The position numbers and the translations under genes were made by a program. DNA of 64,000 nucleotides. Origin: Escherichia coli. Lineage in GTDB: Bacteria > Pseudomonadota > Gammaproteobacteria > Enterobacterales > Enterobacteriaceae. The stretch is from the NCBI RefSeq assembly GCF_044324785.1, contig NZ_CP172127.1; one strand, written 5' to 3'. The notes beneath the pieces were generated by a model. It was given only the letters and a program-made list of their open reading frames with translations, had not been told where the DNA came from and searched no databases. This document shows positions 1 through 12,521 of the stretch, piece by piece. Positions within the stretch are counted from its first letter, which is position 1. The number at the start of each line of letters is the position of its first letter.

Positions 1-573
1 TATACAAAAGGTACGCAGTCACCCCATAAAGAGGCTCCCACTGCTTGTACGTACACGGTTTCAGGTTCTTTTTCACTCCCCTCGCCGGGGTTCTTTTCGC
101 CTTTCCCTCACGGTACTGGTTCACTATCGGTCAGTCAGGAGTATTTAGCCTTGGAGGATGGTCCCCCCATATTCAGACAGGATACCACGTGTCCCGCCCT
201 ACTCATCGAGCTCACAGCATGTGCATTTTTGTGTACGGGGCTGTCACCCTGTATCGCGCGCCTTTCCAGACGCTTCCACTAACACACACACTGATTCAGG
301 CTCTGGGCTGCTCCCCGTTCGCTCGCCGCTACTGGGGGAATCTCGGTTGATTTCTTTTCCTCGGGGTACTTAGATGTTTCAGTTCCCCCGGTTCGCCTCA
401 TTAACCTATGGATTCAGTTAATGATAGTGTGTCGAAACACACTGGGTTTCCCCATTCGGAAATCGCCGGTTATAACGGTTCATATCACCTTACCGACGCT
501 TATCGCAGATTAGCACGTCCTTCATCGCCTCTGACTGCCAGGGCATCCACCGTGTACGCTTAGTCGCTTAACC
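1..573 (-). rRNA. rrlH: 23S rRNA, 5' portion (continues beyond window start)
   Basis: Reverse complement of 556-573 matches the canonical 23S 5' end GGTTAAGCGACTAAGCGTACACGG; position after 16S-tRNAIle-tRNAAla spacer fits rrnH-type operon. Confidence 0.9.
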
Positions 574-747
574 TCACAACCCGAAGATGTTTCACTTCAG
601 AGTTGCGAAAATTTGAGAGACTCACGAACAACTTTCGTTGTTCAGTGTTTCAATTTTCAGCTTGATCCAGATTTTTAAAGAGCAAAACTTCGCAGTGAAC
701 CTTTGCAGGTACACTCTGAAGTATTTTTTATTTAATCACTACAGAGA

Positions 748-823
748 TGGTGGAGCTATGCGGGATCGAACCGCAGACCTCCTGCGTGCAAAGCAGGCGC
801 TCTCCCAGCTGAGCTATAGCCCC
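748..823 (-). tRNA. alaV: tRNA-Ala (UGC) in 16S-23S spacer
   Basis: Reverse complement reads GGGGCTATAGCTCAGCTGGGAGAGCGCCTGCTTTGCACGCAGGAGGTCTGCGGTTCGATCCCGCATAGCTCCACCA. Confidence 0.95.
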
Positions 824-865
824 ATAACATGTAGTTAAAACCTCTTCAAATTTGCGGTGCAAATT

Positions 866-942
<77 letters not shown>

Positions 943-1010
943 GTAGAGGTTTTACTGCTCATTTTCATCAGACAATCTGTGTGAGCACTACAAAGAACGC
1001 TTCTTTAAGG

Positions 1011-2552
<1,542 letters not shown>

Positions 2553-2677
2553 AAAAGTTTGATGCTCAAAGAATTAAACTTCGTAATGAATTACGTGTTC
2601 ACTCTTGAGACTTGGTATTCATTTTTCGTCTTGCGACGTTAAGAATCCGTATCTTCGAGTGCCCACACAGATTGTCT

Positions 2678-2697
2678 GATAAATTGTTAAAGAGCAG
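2678..2697 (-). promoter_or_regulatory. rrn leader boxA antitermination element
   Basis: Reverse complement contains TGCTCTTTAACAATTTATCA, the conserved rrn leader boxA. Confidence 0.6.
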
Positions 2698-2734
2698 TTG
2701 CGACGCGGCTTTCAGCTCACTGTCGCGAGGTGGC

Positions 2735-2766
2735 GTATATTACGCTTTCCTCTTTCAGAGTCAACC
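2735..2766 (-). promoter_or_regulatory. rrn P2 promoter (-35 TTGACT, -10 TAATAT)
   Basis: Reverse complement GGGTTGACTCTGAAAGAGGAAAGCGTAATATACGCC about 180 nt upstream of mature 16S 5' end. Confidence 0.55.
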
Positions 2767-2844
2767 CTAAATTTCAGGATTTTTCTCTTCAACCGAACCG
2801 GCTGTTTGTGTGAAGTGATTCACATCCGCCGCGTCGATGGAGGC

Positions 2845-2900
2845 GCATTATAGGGAGTCGGCTCAGGAAGACAAGCGGAAAAATGCATTTTTATTTCAAC
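2845..2900 (-). promoter_or_regulatory. rrn P1 promoter with AT-rich UP element (-35 TTGTCT, -10 TATAAT)
   Basis: Reverse complement AAAAATGCATTTTTCCGCTTGTCTTCCTGAGCCGACTCCCTATAATGCGCC, classic rrn P1 architecture about 290 nt upstream of 16S. Confidence 0.6.
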
Positions 2901-2917
2901 CGCTCATCTTTTAATCA

Positions 2918-3490
2918 TTACGCCGGTTTTTGCTGCTTTTTTATCGCTTGCGGCAGGTCTGCCAGGCTATTTAACACCCAATCCGCCGCGTTTTCTGCTT
3001 CAGGCGTAACAGGTTTACCCGTACGCACCAGCACTTTTGTTCCCACGTTCGCCGCAGCCGCTGCCTGCATATCTTCTAATTTATCGCCCACCATATAAGA
3101 AGCGGCCATATCAATATGCAAATAATCGCGTGCCGATAAAAGCATCCCCGGATGTGGTTTGCGGCAGTCGCAGACCTGGCGAAACTCTTCAACACTACCC
3201 TGCGGATGATGCGGGCAATAATAGATGCCATCCAGATCGACATCGCGGTCCGCCAGCGACCAGTCCATCCACTCGGTCAGCGTTTCAAACTGTGCTTCAG
3301 TAAATTTACCGCGAGCAATGCCAGACTGGTTGGTTACTACCACCAGCGCAAAGCCCATTTTTTTTAGCTCGCGCATGGCGTCAATAACACCGTCGATAAA
3401 TTCAAAGTTGTCGATCTCATGGACATAGCCGTGATCGACATTAATGGTGCCATCACGGTCAAGAAAAATTGCGGGTACGCTCTTCGCCAC
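2918..3490 (-). CDS. gmhB: D-glycero-beta-D-manno-heptose-1,7-bisphosphate 7-phosphatase
   Basis: 190-aa ORF, HAD-family DxDGT motif (FLDRDGTIN), recognised as GmhB; conserved position upstream of rrnH. Confidence 0.92.
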   Translation of the reverse strand: MAKSVPAIFLDRDGTINVDHGYVHEIDNFEFIDGVIDAMRELKKMGFALVVVTNQSGIARGKFTEAQFETLTEWMDWSLADRDVDLDGIYYCPHHPQGSVEEFRQVCDCRKPHPGMLLSARDYLHIDMAASYMVGDKLEDMQAAAAANVGTKVLVRTGKPVTPEAENAADWVLNSLADLPQAIKKQQKPA

Positions 3491-3571
3491 CTTTTATAGC
3501 TCCTTAATAAGGCATGTGACGCTAGTATCGCATGTTTCGACCAGCAAGAAAGTGCTCTTCGCATAAACCTG

Positions 3572-3595
3572 ATTGATTTAGACGTCTGGATGCCT
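3572..3595 (+). promoter_or_regulatory. Tandem MetJ boxes (met-box) in metN promoter region
   Basis: TGATTTAGACGTCTGGATGCCT contains a perfect AGACGTCT octamer flanked by degenerate 8-bp repeats, about 90 nt upstream of metN ATG. Confidence 0.5.
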
Positions 3596-3677
3596 TAACA
3601 TCCATTTCATTGACGGCGTTGCCCGTTCCAGGCATTCGAAATGCCACGACTAACTTAATGACGATAATAAATAATCA

Positions 3678-4709
3678 ATGATAAAACTTTCGAATATCAC
3701 CAAAGTGTTCCACCAGGGCACCCGCACCATCCAGGCGTTGAACAACGTCAGCCTGCATGTGCCAGCTGGACAAATTTATGGCGTTATCGGTGCCTCAGGC
3801 GCGGGTAAGAGTACGCTTATACGTTGTGTAAACCTGCTGGAGCGCCCAACCGAGGGTAGCGTGCTGGTCGATGGCCAGGAACTGACCACGCTGTCAGAAT
3901 CCGAGTTGACCAAAGCTCGCCGCCAGATTGGTATGATTTTCCAGCATTTTAACCTGCTCTCTTCACGTACTGTTTTTGGCAACGTGGCTCTGCCGCTGGA
4001 GCTGGACAACACACCGAAAGATGAGATCAAACGTCGCGTGACGGAATTGCTGTCATTGGTTGGTCTTGGCGATAAGCATGATAGCTACCCGTCGAATCTT
4101 TCCGGTGGGCAGAAACAGCGTGTGGCGATTGCCCGTGCGTTAGCCAGCAATCCCAAAGTATTGCTGTGTGATGAGGCCACCAGCGCGCTGGATCCGGCAA
4201 CGACACGTTCTATTCTCGAACTGCTGAAAGACATCAACCGCCGTCTGGGTTTGACGATTCTGTTGATCACCCACGAAATGGACGTTGTGAAGCGCATTTG
4301 TGATTGCGTGGCGGTCATCAGCAATGGCGAACTGATCGAGCAGGACACGGTAAGTGAAGTGTTCTCGCATCCGAAAACGCCGCTGGCGCAGAAGTTTATT
4401 CAGTCGACCCTGCATCTGGATATCCCGGAAGATTACCAGGAACGTCTGCAAGCGGAGCCATTCACTGACTGCGTGCCGATGCTGCGTCTGGAGTTTACCG
4501 GTCAATCGGTCGATGCCCCACTGCTTTCTGAAACCGCGCGTCGTTTCAACGTCAACAACAACATTATTAGCGCGCAGATGGATTACGCCGGTGGCGTTAA
4601 GTTCGGCATCATGCTGACTGAAATGCACGGCACACAACAAGATACGCAAGCCGCCATTGCCTGGCTGCAGGAACACCATGTAAAAGTAGAGGTACTGGGT
4701 TATGTCTGA
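3678..4709 (+). CDS. metN: Methionine ABC transporter ATP-binding protein
   Basis: 343-aa ORF with Walker [13 protein letters not shown] signature LSGGQKQR, C-terminal NIL domain. Confidence 0.95.
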
Positions 4710-5355
4710 GCCGATGATGTGGCTGCTGGTTCGTGGCGTATGGGAAACGCTGGCAATGACCTTCGTATCCGGATTTTTTGGGTTTGTGATTGGTCTGCCG
4801 GTTGGCGTCCTGCTTTATGTCACGCGTCCGGGGCAAATTATTGCTAACGCGAAGTTGTATCGTACCGTTTCTGCGATTGTGAACATTTTCCGTTCTATCC
4901 CGTTCATTATCTTGCTGGTATGGATGATTCCGTTTACCCGAGTTATTGTCGGTACATCGATTGGTTTGCAGGCAGCGATTGTTCCGTTAACCGTTGGTGC
5001 AGCACCGTTTATTGCCCGTATGGTCGAGAACGCTCTGCTGGAGATCCCAACCGGGTTAATTGAAGCTTCCCGCGCAATGGGTGCCACGCCAATGCAGATC
5101 GTCCGTAAAGTGCTGTTACCGGAAGCATTGCCGGGTCTGGTGAATGCGGCGACTATCACCCTGATTACCCTGGTCGGTTATTCCGCGATGGGTGGTGCAG
5201 TCGGTGCCGGTGGTTTAGGTCAGATTGGCTATCAGTATGGCTACATCGGCTACAACGCGACGGTGATGAATACGGTACTGGTATTGCTGGTCATTCTGGT
5301 TTATTTAATTCAGTTCGCAGGCGACCGCATCGTCCGGGCTGTCACTCGCAAGTAA
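4702..5355 (+). CDS. metI: Methionine ABC transporter permease
   Basis: 217-aa hydrophobic ORF overlapping metN stop by 8 nt; recognised MetI. Confidence 0.95.
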
Positions 5356-5394
5356 CGTTCAACACAACATAAATAATTGAAGAAGGAATAAGGT

Positions 5395-6210
5395 ATGGCG
5401 TTCAAATTCAAAACCTTTGCGGCAGTGGGAGCCCTGATTGGATCACTGGCATTGGTAGGCTGCGGTCAGGATGAAAAAGATCCAAACCACATTAAAGTCG
5501 GCGTGATTGTTGGTGCCGAACAGCAGGTTGCAGAAGTCGCGCAGAAAGTTGCGAAAGACAAATATGGTCTGGACGTTGAGCTGGTAACCTTCAACGACTA
5601 TGTTCTGCCAAACGAGGCATTGAGCAAAGGCGATATCGACGCCAACGCCTTCCAGCATAAACCGTACCTTGATCAGCAACTGAAAGATCGTGGCTACAAA
5701 CTGGTCGCAGTAGGCAACACTTTTGTTTATCCGATTGCTGGTTACTCCAAGAAAATCAAATCACTGGATGAATTGCAGGATGGTTCGCAGGTTGCCGTGC
5801 CAAACGACCCAACTAACCTTGGCCGTTCTCTGCTGCTGCTGCAAAAAGTGGGCTTGATCAAACTGAAAGATGGTGTTGGCCTGCTGCCGACAGTTCTTGA
5901 TGTTGTTGAGAACCCAAAAAATCTGAAAATTGTTGAGCTGGAAGCACCGCAGCTGCCGCGCTCTCTGGACGACGCGCAAATCGCTCTGGCAGTTATCAAT
6001 ACCACCTATGCCAGCCAGATTGGCCTGACTCCGGCGAAAGACGGTATCTTTGTCGAAGATAAAGACTCCCCGTACGTAAACCTGATCGTGACGCGTGAAG
6101 ATAACAAAGACGCCGAGAACGTGAAGAAATTCGTCCAGGCTTATCAGTCTGACGAAGTTTACGAAGCAGCAAACAAAGTGTTTAACGGCGGCGCTGTTAA
6201 AGGCTGGTAA
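5395..6210 (+). CDS. metQ: Methionine-binding lipoprotein
   Basis: 271-aa ORF with lipoprotein signal/lipobox LVGCGQ; recognised MetQ. Confidence 0.95.
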   Translation: MAFKFKTFAAVGALIGSLALVGCGQDEKDPNHIKVGVIVGAEQQVAEVAQKVAKDKYGLDVELVTFNDYVLPNEALSKGDIDANAFQHKPYLDQQLKDRGYKLVAVGNTFVYPIAGYSKKIKSLDELQDGSQVAVPNDPTNLGRSLLLLQKVGLIKLKDGVGLLPTVLDVVENPKNLKIVELEAPQLPRSLDDAQIALAVINTTYASQIGLTPAKDGIFVEDKDSPYVNLIVTREDNKDAENVKKFVQAYQSDEVYEAANKVFNGGAVKGW

Positions 6211-6247
6211 TTTTTAGGCTGTTTCCACAATTTGTAATATCATTCAG

Positions 6248-6276
6248 GACGGGCGCTTGCCCGTCTTGTCATTTTT
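6248..6276 (+). terminator. Rho-independent terminator after metQ
   Basis: GACGGGCGCTTGCCCGTC hairpin followed by TTGTCATTTTT. Confidence 0.55.
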
Positions 6277-6327
6277 ACAAGCTCCTGATTCAATATTGAC
6301 GTTTTGATCATACATTGAGGAAATACT

Positions 6328-6732
6328 ATGCGTGCTTTACCGATCTGTTTAGTAGCACTCATGCTAAGCGGCTGTTCCATGTTAAGCAGATCCCCTGTCG
6401 AACCCGTTCAAAGCACTGCACCCCAGCCGAAAGCGGAGCCTGCAAAACCGAAAGCGCCGCGCGCCACGCCGGTCCGAATTTATACCAATGCAGAAGAATT
6501 AGTCGGCAAACCGTTCCGCGATCTCGGTGAAGTCAGTGGCGATTCTTGCCAGGCCTCCAATCAGGACTCTCCGCCGAGCATTCCAACCGCACGTAAGCGG
6601 ATGCAAATCAACGCCTCGAAAATGAAGGCCAATGCGGTATTACTGCATAGCTGCGAAGTCACCAGCGGTACGCCAGGCTGCTATCGTCAGGCTGTATGTA
6701 TCGGTTCTGCGCTTAACATTACGGCGAAATGA
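6328..6732 (+). CDS. rcsF: Rcs phosphorelay outer-membrane lipoprotein sensor
   Basis: 134-aa ORF, lipobox LSGCS, Pro/Lys-rich linker, four-Cys C-terminal domain; recognised RcsF. Confidence 0.93.
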   Translation: MRALPICLVALMLSGCSMLSRSPVEPVQSTAPQPKAEPAKPKAPRATPVRIYTNAEELVGKPFRDLGEVSGDSCQASNQDSPPSIPTARKRMQINASKMKANAVLLHSCEVTSGTPGCYRQAVCIGSALNITAK

Positions 6733-7436
6733 GCAGTTTCCAGTTCGAGCAAATAGGCGTTATTCGCTCGCCCTATAAAGAAAAATTCGCCGTTCCGCGC
6801 CAGCCAGGTCTGGTAAAAAGCGCCAACGGCGAACTGCATCTCATTGCTCCCTACAACCAGGCCGATGCCGTTCGCGGCCTGGAAGCGTTCAGCCATTTAT
6901 GGATCCTTTTCGTCTTTCATCAAACGATGGAAGGCGGCTGGCGTCCGACTGTGCGTCCACCGCGCCTCGGCGGTAATGCCAGAATGGGTGTTTTCGCTAC
7001 GCGCTCCACTTTCCGCCCTAACCCGATTGGTATGTCGCTGGTAGAGCTGAAAGAGGTTGTTTGCCATAAAGACAGCGTGATTCTGAAGCTCGGCAGTCTG
7101 GATCTGGTAGATGGTACGCCGGTGGTGGATATCAAACCGTATCTCCCCTTTGCCGAATCGCTTCCAAATGCCAGTGCCAGCTATGCGCAAAGTGCGCCAG
7201 CGGCAGAGATGGCGGTGAGCTTTACCGCAGAGGTCGAAAAGCAGCTTTTGACGCTGGAGAAGCGTTATCCGCAGTTAACGCTGTTTATCCGCGAAGTACT
7301 GGCGCAGGACCCGCGCCCGGCCTATCGTAAAGGTGAGGAAACGGGCAAAACCTATGCCGTCTGGCTGCATGATTTTAACGTTCGCTGGCGCGTCACCGAC
7401 GCAGGTTTTGAAGTCTTTGCGCTGGAACCGCGTTAA
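6729..7436 (+). CDS. trmO: tRNA (adenine37-N6)-methyltransferase (formerly YaeB/TsaA)
   Basis: 235-aa ORF overlapping rcsF stop by 4 nt; recognised YaeB/TrmO. Confidence 0.9.
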   Translation: MSSFQFEQIGVIRSPYKEKFAVPRQPGLVKSANGELHLIAPYNQADAVRGLEAFSHLWILFVFHQTMEGGWRPTVRPPRLGGNARMGVFATRSTFRPNPIGMSLVELKEVVCHKDSVILKLGSLDLVDGTPVVDIKPYLPFAESLPNASASYAQSAPAAEMAVSFTAEVEKQLLTLEKRYPQLTLFIREVLAQDPRPAYRKGEETGKTYAVWLHDFNVRWRVTDAGFEVFALEPR

Positions 7437-7546
7437 ATTCGCTCCCTTCTCTTTTGACATTTCTTTTGCACTGGTAAACTAAATCACTTTTTTTGTCCCA
7501 GGCTCGCCTTGAGCCTGTTCTACCTTCCAACTGGAACCGTAACAAC

Positions 7547-9265
7547 ATGCGTACTAGCCAATACCTGCTCTCCACTCTCAAGGAGACACCTGCCGACGCC
7601 GAGGTGATCAGCCATCAGCTGATGCTGCGCGCCGGGATGATCCGCAAGCTGGCCTCCGGGTTATATACCTGGCTGCCGACCGGCGTGCGCGTTCTGAAAA
7701 AAGTCGAAAACATCGTGCGTGAAGAGATGAACAACGCCGGTGCGATCGAGGTGTCGATGCCGGTGGTTCAGCCAGCCGATTTGTGGCAAGAGAGTGGTCG
7801 TTGGGAACAGTACGGTCCGGAACTGCTGCGTTTTGTTGACCGTGGCGAGCGTCCGTTCGTACTCGGCCCAACTCATGAAGAAGTTATCACTGACCTGATT
7901 CGTAACGAGCTTAGCTCTTACAAACAGCTGCCGCTGAACTTCTATCAGATCCAGACCAAGTTCCGCGATGAAGTGCGTCCGCGTTTCGGCGTCATGCGTT
8001 CCCGCGAATTCCTGATGAAAGATGCTTACTCTTTCCATACTTCTCAGGAATCCCTGCAGGAAACCTACGATGCAATGTATGCGGCCTACAGCAAAATCTT
8101 CAGCCGCATGGGGCTGGATTTCCGCGCCGTACAGGCCGACACCGGTTCTATCGGCGGTAGCGCCTCTCACGAATTCCAGGTGCTGGCGCAGAGCGGTGAA
8201 GACGATGTGGTCTTCTCCGACACCTCTGACTATGCAGCGAACATTGAGCTGGCAGAAGCTATCGCGCCGAAAGAACCGCGCGCTGCTGCTACCCAGGAAA
8301 TGACGCTGGTTGATACGCCGAACGCGAAAACCATCGCGGAACTGGTTGAACAGTTCAATCTGCCGATTGAGAAAACGGTTAAGACTCTGCTGGTTAAAGC
8401 GGTTGAAGGCAGTAGCTTCCCGCTGGTTGCGCTGCTGGTGCGCGGTGACCACGAGCTGAACGAAGTTAAAGCAGAAAAACTGCCGCAGGTTGCCAGCCCG
8501 CTGACTTTCGCGACCGAAGAAGAAATTCGTGCCGTGGTTAAAGCCGGTCCGGGTTCACTGGGTCCGGTAAACATGCCAATTCCGGTGGTGATTGACCGTA
8601 CCGTTGCGGCGATGAGTGATTTCGCTGCTGGTGCTAACATCGATGGTAAACACTACTTCGGTATCAACTGGGATCGCGATGTCGCTACCCCGGAAATTGC
8701 TGATATCCGTAACGTAGTGGCTGGCGATCCAAGCCCGGATGGTCAGGGTACGCTGCTGATCAAACGTGGTATCGAAGTTGGTCACATCTTCCAGCTGGGT
8801 ACCAAGTACTCCGAAGCACTGAAAGCCTCCGTACAGGGTGAAGATGGCCGTAACCAAATCCTGACGATGGGTTGCTACGGTATCGGGGTAACGCGTGTAG
8901 TAGCTGCGGCGATTGAGCAGAACTACGACGAACGCGGCATCGTATGGCCTGACGCTATCGCGCCGTTCCAGGTGGCGATTCTGCCGATGAACATGCACAA
9001 ATCCTTCCGCGTACAGGAGCTGGCCGAGAAACTGTACAGCGAACTGCGCGCGCAGGGTATCGAAGTGCTGCTGGATGACCGCAAAGAGCGTCCAGGCGTG
9101 ATGTTTGCTGATATGGAACTGATCGGTATTCCGCACACTATTGTGCTGGGCGACCGTAACCTCGACAACGACGATATCGAATATAAATATCGTCGTAACG
9201 GCGAGAAACAGTTAATTAAGACTGGTGACATCGTCGATTATCTGGTGAAACAGATTAAAGGCTGA
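7547..9265 (+). CDS. proS: Prolyl-tRNA synthetase
   Basis: Recognised ProS; start placed at MRTSQYLL (572 aa) rather than the upstream in-frame ATG of the 590-aa ORF. Confidence 0.93.
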   Translation: MRTSQYLLSTLKETPADAEVISHQLMLRAGMIRKLASGLYTWLPTGVRVLKKVENIVREEMNNAGAIEVSMPVVQPADLWQESGRWEQYGPELLRFVDRGERPFVLGPTHEEVITDLIRNELSSYKQLPLNFYQIQTKFRDEVRPRFGVMRSREFLMKDAYSFHTSQESLQETYDAMYAAYSKIFSRMGLDFRAVQADTGSIGGSASHEFQVLAQSGEDDVVFSDTSDYAANIELAEAIAPKEPRAAATQEMTLVDTPNAKTIAELVEQFNLPIEKTVKTLLVKAVEGSSFPLVALLVRGDHELNEVKAEKLPQVASPLTFATEEEIRAVVKAGPGSLGPVNMPIPVVIDRTVAAMSDFAAGANIDGKHYFGINWDRDVATPEIADIRNVVAGDPSPDGQGTLLIKRGIEVGHIFQLGTKYSEALKASVQGEDGRNQILTMGCYGIGVTRVVAAAIEQNYDERGIVWPDAIAPFQVAILPMNMHKSFRVQELAEKLYSELRAQGIEVLLDDRKERPGVMFADMELIGIPHTIVLGDRNLDNDDIEYKYRRNGEKQLIKTGDIVDYLVKQIKG

Positions 9266-9271
9266 TGCCAG

Positions 9272-9301
9272 AAAGGGTCCTGAATTTCAGGGCCCTTTTT
9301 T
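9272..9301 (+). terminator. Rho-independent terminator after proS
   Basis: GGGTCCTGAATTTCAGGGCCC hairpin followed by TTTTTTT. Confidence 0.7.
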
Positions 9302-9317
9302 ACATGGATTGTATAAA

Positions 9318-10142
9318 ATGGATAAACCAAAGGCGCATTGCTGCCTGCTTCTCCCCTGCTTTCTTTTCCTTTCGGCCTGTACCGTAGATATCAGCCAGCC
9401 AGACTCATCAGCCACAGCGGTAGATGCCGGGGCAAAAACATGGGCTGTCAAATTCCAGCATCAAAGCTCTTTCACCGAACAATCAATAAAAGAAATAACG
9501 GTACCTGATCTCAAACACGGCGATTTGCTGTTCTCCTCAAGCCTTGGGGTAACCTCATTTGGAATCCGCGTCTTCAGCACTTCCTCTGTGAGTCACGTTG
9601 CAATCTATCTGGGTGATAATAACGTTGCAGAAGCGACAGGCGCTGGCGTCCAGATTGTTTCCCTCAAAAAAGCGATGAAGCATAGCGATAAGCTTTTCGT
9701 CTTACGAGTCCCGGATCTTACCCCGCAACAAGCCACAGAAATCACCGCGTTCACCAACAAAATTAAAGATAGCGGTTACAACTATCGCGGCATTGTCGAA
9801 TTTATTCCCTTTATGGTGACTCGCCAGATGTGCTCACTGAATCCGTTCTCCGAGGATTTTCGTCAACAGTGCGTCAGCGGCCTGGCGAAAGCGCAGTTAA
9901 GCAGTGTGGGCGAAGGAGACAAAAAGTCGTGGTTTTGTTCGGAATTTGTCACTGATGCATTTGCTAAAGCCGGGCATCCGCTTACACTGGCGCAATCGGG
10001 CTGGATTAGCCCTGCCGATCTGATGCATATGCGTATTGGTGATGTCTCTGCGTTTAAGCCAGAAACGCAGTTACAGTATGTTGGGCACCTGAAGCCAGGG
10101 ATTTATATCAAGGCGGGTCGCTTTGTTGGGCTGACTCAGTGA
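9318..10142 (+). CDS. yaeF: Predicted NlpC/P60-type lipoprotein YaeF
   Basis: 274-aa ORF with lipoprotein signal (FLFLSAC lipobox); recognised as YaeF from sequence and position; start chosen at second ATG. Confidence 0.8.
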   Translation: MDKPKAHCCLLLPCFLFLSACTVDISQPDSSATAVDAGAKTWAVKFQHQSSFTEQSIKEITVPDLKHGDLLFSSSLGVTSFGIRVFSTSSVSHVAIYLGDNNVAEATGAGVQIVSLKKAMKHSDKLFVLRVPDLTPQQATEITAFTNKIKDSGYNYRGIVEFIPFMVTRQMCSLNPFSEDFRQQCVSGLAKAQLSSVGEGDKKSWFCSEFVTDAFAKAGHPLTLAQSGWISPADLMHMRIGDVSAFKPETQLQYVGHLKPGIYIKAGRFVGLTQ

Positions 10143-10144
10143 TG

Positions 10145-10168
10145 AAAGCCGGAGAATGCTCCGGCTTT
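10145..10168. terminator. Hairpin shared by convergent yaeF and nlpE (bidirectional terminator)
   Basis: AAAGCCGGAG-AATG-CTCCGGCTTT perfect 10-bp stem in the 29-bp gap between the two stop codons. Confidence 0.5.
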
Positions 10169-10171
10169 CAA

Positions 10172-10882
10172 TTACTGCCCCAAACTACTGCAATCCTGGT
10201 TCGGATAAAATTTACCCGCCGTATCGGGCGCTAATACTTTGGTTGGCGCACCGGTATCCGGATTAGCCTCAAGCGTAAAGTGCCCTTCTAATGACAGTAA
10301 CATCGGTTTTTCACTATGACCGCGCGCAGCCAGGTAGCCACGCTCCAGCTCTGCGTTATTCGCTACCATGAAACGTTTTCCGGTCGCGCAATCAGTGAAG
10401 GTCGCCGCATCAGCCATATAAAAATACATGCCCCGCAGGGTCATCGGCGTCATGGGTAAACTGGATTGTGCCGGTTCCAGCGTATAGTTGAACTGCGATT
10501 CAATCGGATTACCTTCACGATCGAGCATCTCCAGCGCATCTCCTTTCGCCCGATAATATGACTTTTCACCTTTGCTGTCGGTTAATACCAGCTTGTCAGC
10601 GGTTCGCGCCCATGTACCGTAGGAAGCGAAAGAGGAAGGCTCTTCACGCGCACCAAGATAGCGTTCATTCATCACCCAGGTTCCATCTTTTTCGAGGAAC
10701 AAAGAGGTTTCGATCCCTTCGCAATCGGCACACGGCAGCACGCCGCGCCAACTTTGCGGCATCGGTTTCAGTTCGGCAGCCTGCGCCGGAGAAAGCGTGT
10801 CGACTTCGGCCCGATTATTACATCCCATCAGAGTAAAGAGGCTGATTACAGCCATCGCTGTCACTATCGCTTTTTTCACCAT
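10172..10882 (-). CDS. nlpE: Cpx-pathway outer-membrane lipoprotein NlpE (CutF)
   Basis: 236-aa ORF, lipobox LMGCN, CxxC motif; recognised NlpE. Confidence 0.93.
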   Translation of the reverse strand: MVKKAIVTAMAVISLFTLMGCNNRAEVDTLSPAQAAELKPMPQSWRGVLPCADCEGIETSLFLEKDGTWVMNERYLGAREEPSSFASYGTWARTADKLVLTDSKGEKSYYRAKGDALEMLDREGNPIESQFNYTLEPAQSSLPMTPMTLRGMYFYMADAATFTDCATGKRFMVANNAELERGYLAARGHSEKPMLLSLEGHFTLEANPDTGAPTKVLAPDTAGKFYPNQDCSSLGQ

Positions 10883-10895
10883 CCATTCCTTCTTT

Positions 10896-11318
10896 TTATT
10901 CCCGACCGCTGCGCACTTTGCCGCGCATCGCCTTCACGCTTGATTTTTGTGCTTTCGATGCCAGCCTGCGCTCTTTTGATGCGCGGGTGGGCCGCGTGGG
11001 TCGTCGGGCTTTTTGTTCTGTTGTTAAATCTTTAATCACTGCCACCAGCCGGGCCAGCGCCGCTTCGCGGTTGAGCTCCTGATTGCGGTATTCCTGTGCC
11101 TTAATGACAATCACCCCATCACTGCTGATCAAGTGATGGCTGGCGGCGAGCAGACGTTCTTTGTAATACTCTGGCAGGCTGGACGCCCGAATGTCAAAAC
11201 GCAGATGAATAGCCGTTGAGGTCTTATTAACATGCTGCCCGCCCGCGCCCTGCGCACGAATGGCGGTGATCTCAAGCTCACCATCGGGGATAGCAACATG
11301 TCGGGAAATCACAATCAT
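10896..11318 (-). CDS. arfB: Alternative ribosome-rescue factor B / peptidyl-tRNA hydrolase
   Basis: 140-aa ORF with GGQ motif ([12 protein letters not shown]) and basic C-terminal tail; recognised ArfB (YaeJ). Confidence 0.93.
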   Translation of the reverse strand: MIVISRHVAIPDGELEITAIRAQGAGGQHVNKTSTAIHLRFDIRASSLPEYYKERLLAASHHLISSDGVIVIKAQEYRNQELNREAALARLVAVIKDLTTEQKARRPTRPTRASKERRLASKAQKSSVKAMRGKVRSGRE

Positions 11319-11860
11319 GAAGGTTGTTGCCAGGCGGTTAAGTTCACTTCCAGATTATTCTTATCATCCGATAACCAGATCACGCCATCCTGAATCGTTG
11401 CCTGCAGTGTCATGGTACGATCGGCAAAGGCGCTTACTTTCGCCAGTTGTTCATCGTCCAGATACCAGATGGAAAGATTGGAAAACTGCGCGCATTTGCT
11501 CTGATTTTGCTGCCACCAGATTTGCGCCGCCCGACTATTATAGGCAAACAGCGCCACTTCTGCGGCCTGGGTGCAGGCTTTCTTAATCCGCCGCTCATCC
11601 GGCAGCCCCAGCTCAATCCACAAATCAATGCCCAGGTGATCGTTACGCAGCCACGCTTCCGGCTCATCATCGGCACATAAACCACGGGTAAATTGCAGAC
11701 GTTCATCAGCATATTTCAGCCACGCCAGCAGGCGCAGCATCATACGCTCCTGGGTTTCTGAAGGATGGCGCGCCAGCGTCAGAGAGGCATCGAGAAACTG
11801 GTTACGGTCGAGATCGGCCACATTAACCGTTGCTTTATAAATTGTCGCTTTAAGCGCCAT
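11315..11860 (-). CDS. yaeQ: YaeQ family protein
   Basis: 181-aa ORF overlapping arfB start by 4 nt; recognised YaeQ. Confidence 0.9.
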   Translation of the reverse strand: MALKATIYKATVNVADLDRNQFLDASLTLARHPSETQERMMLRLLAWLKYADERLQFTRGLCADDEPEAWLRNDHLGIDLWIELGLPDERRIKKACTQAAEVALFAYNSRAAQIWWQQNQSKCAQFSNLSIWYLDDEQLAKVSAFADRTMTLQATIQDGVIWLSDDKNNLEVNLTAWQQPS

Positions 11861-12025
11861 AAGAAAACTCCTTTCGAATCAGGAGGCCATTGTAACGGAA
11901 TACGTGCAGTTGCGGCGCTGATATTGCAGAAATGAGTGTGGTATAGTCACCTTGCGAAACAGAGTTTATCTTCGTAGGCTTAGACTTGCATCCACGGTTA
12001 AGTCAGAGTGCTGACAGGAGGGCAT

Positions 12026-12226
12026 GTGGAAAAATATTGTGAGTTAATACGCAAGCGGTACGCGGAAATCGCCAGCGGAGACTTAGGATACGTTCCGGAC
12101 GCGCTGGGCTGCGTTTTGAAAGTGCTGAATGAAATGGCTGCCGACGACGCCCTTTCTGAGGCTGTCAGGGAAAAAGCAGCATACGCTGCGGCAAACTTAC
12201 TGGTGAGCGATTATGTCAATGAATGA
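12026..12226 (+). CDS. yaeP: UPF0253 small protein YaeP
   Basis: 66-aa protein recognised as YaeP; probable GTG start inside the 72-aa ORF. Confidence 0.8.
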
Positions 12227-12473
12227 TACGTATCAACCAATCAATTGTGATGATTACGATAATCTTGAGCTCGCCTGCCAGCATCATTTAATGCTGACAC
12301 TTGAGCTGAAAGATGGCGAAAAATTGCAGGCGAAGGCCAGCGATTTAGTCTCCCGCAAAAATGTGGAGTATCTGGTCGTCGAGGCCGCTGGTACAACCCG
12401 CGAGCTGCGTCTGGATAAAATTACCAGCTTTAGCCACCCGGAAATCGGTACGGTGGTGGTGAGCGAGTCCTGA
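12213..12473 (+). CDS. rof: Rho-binding antiterminator Rof
   Basis: 86-aa ORF overlapping yaeP end; recognised Rof (YaeO); exact start (first or third Met) uncertain. Confidence 0.88.
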
Positions 12474-12482
12474 TTGACTTTT

Positions 12483-12515
12483 GCCGGATGCGACGTTTGA
12501 TGCGTATCCGGCCTT
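12483..12515. repeat. REP-like imperfect palindrome between convergent rof and tilS
   Basis: GCCGGATGCGACG...GCGTATCCGGCC resembles REP consensus (GCCGGATG ... CATCCGGC). Confidence 0.45.
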
Positions 12516-12521
12516 CACTGA

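Noticed and set aside
45-373. Short ORFs (101 aa, 71 aa) at the window start
   Set aside because: They lie within the 23S rRNA gene; rRNA is non-coding
7661-8452. 263-aa ORF on the minus strand
   Set aside because: Antisense inside proS; spurious
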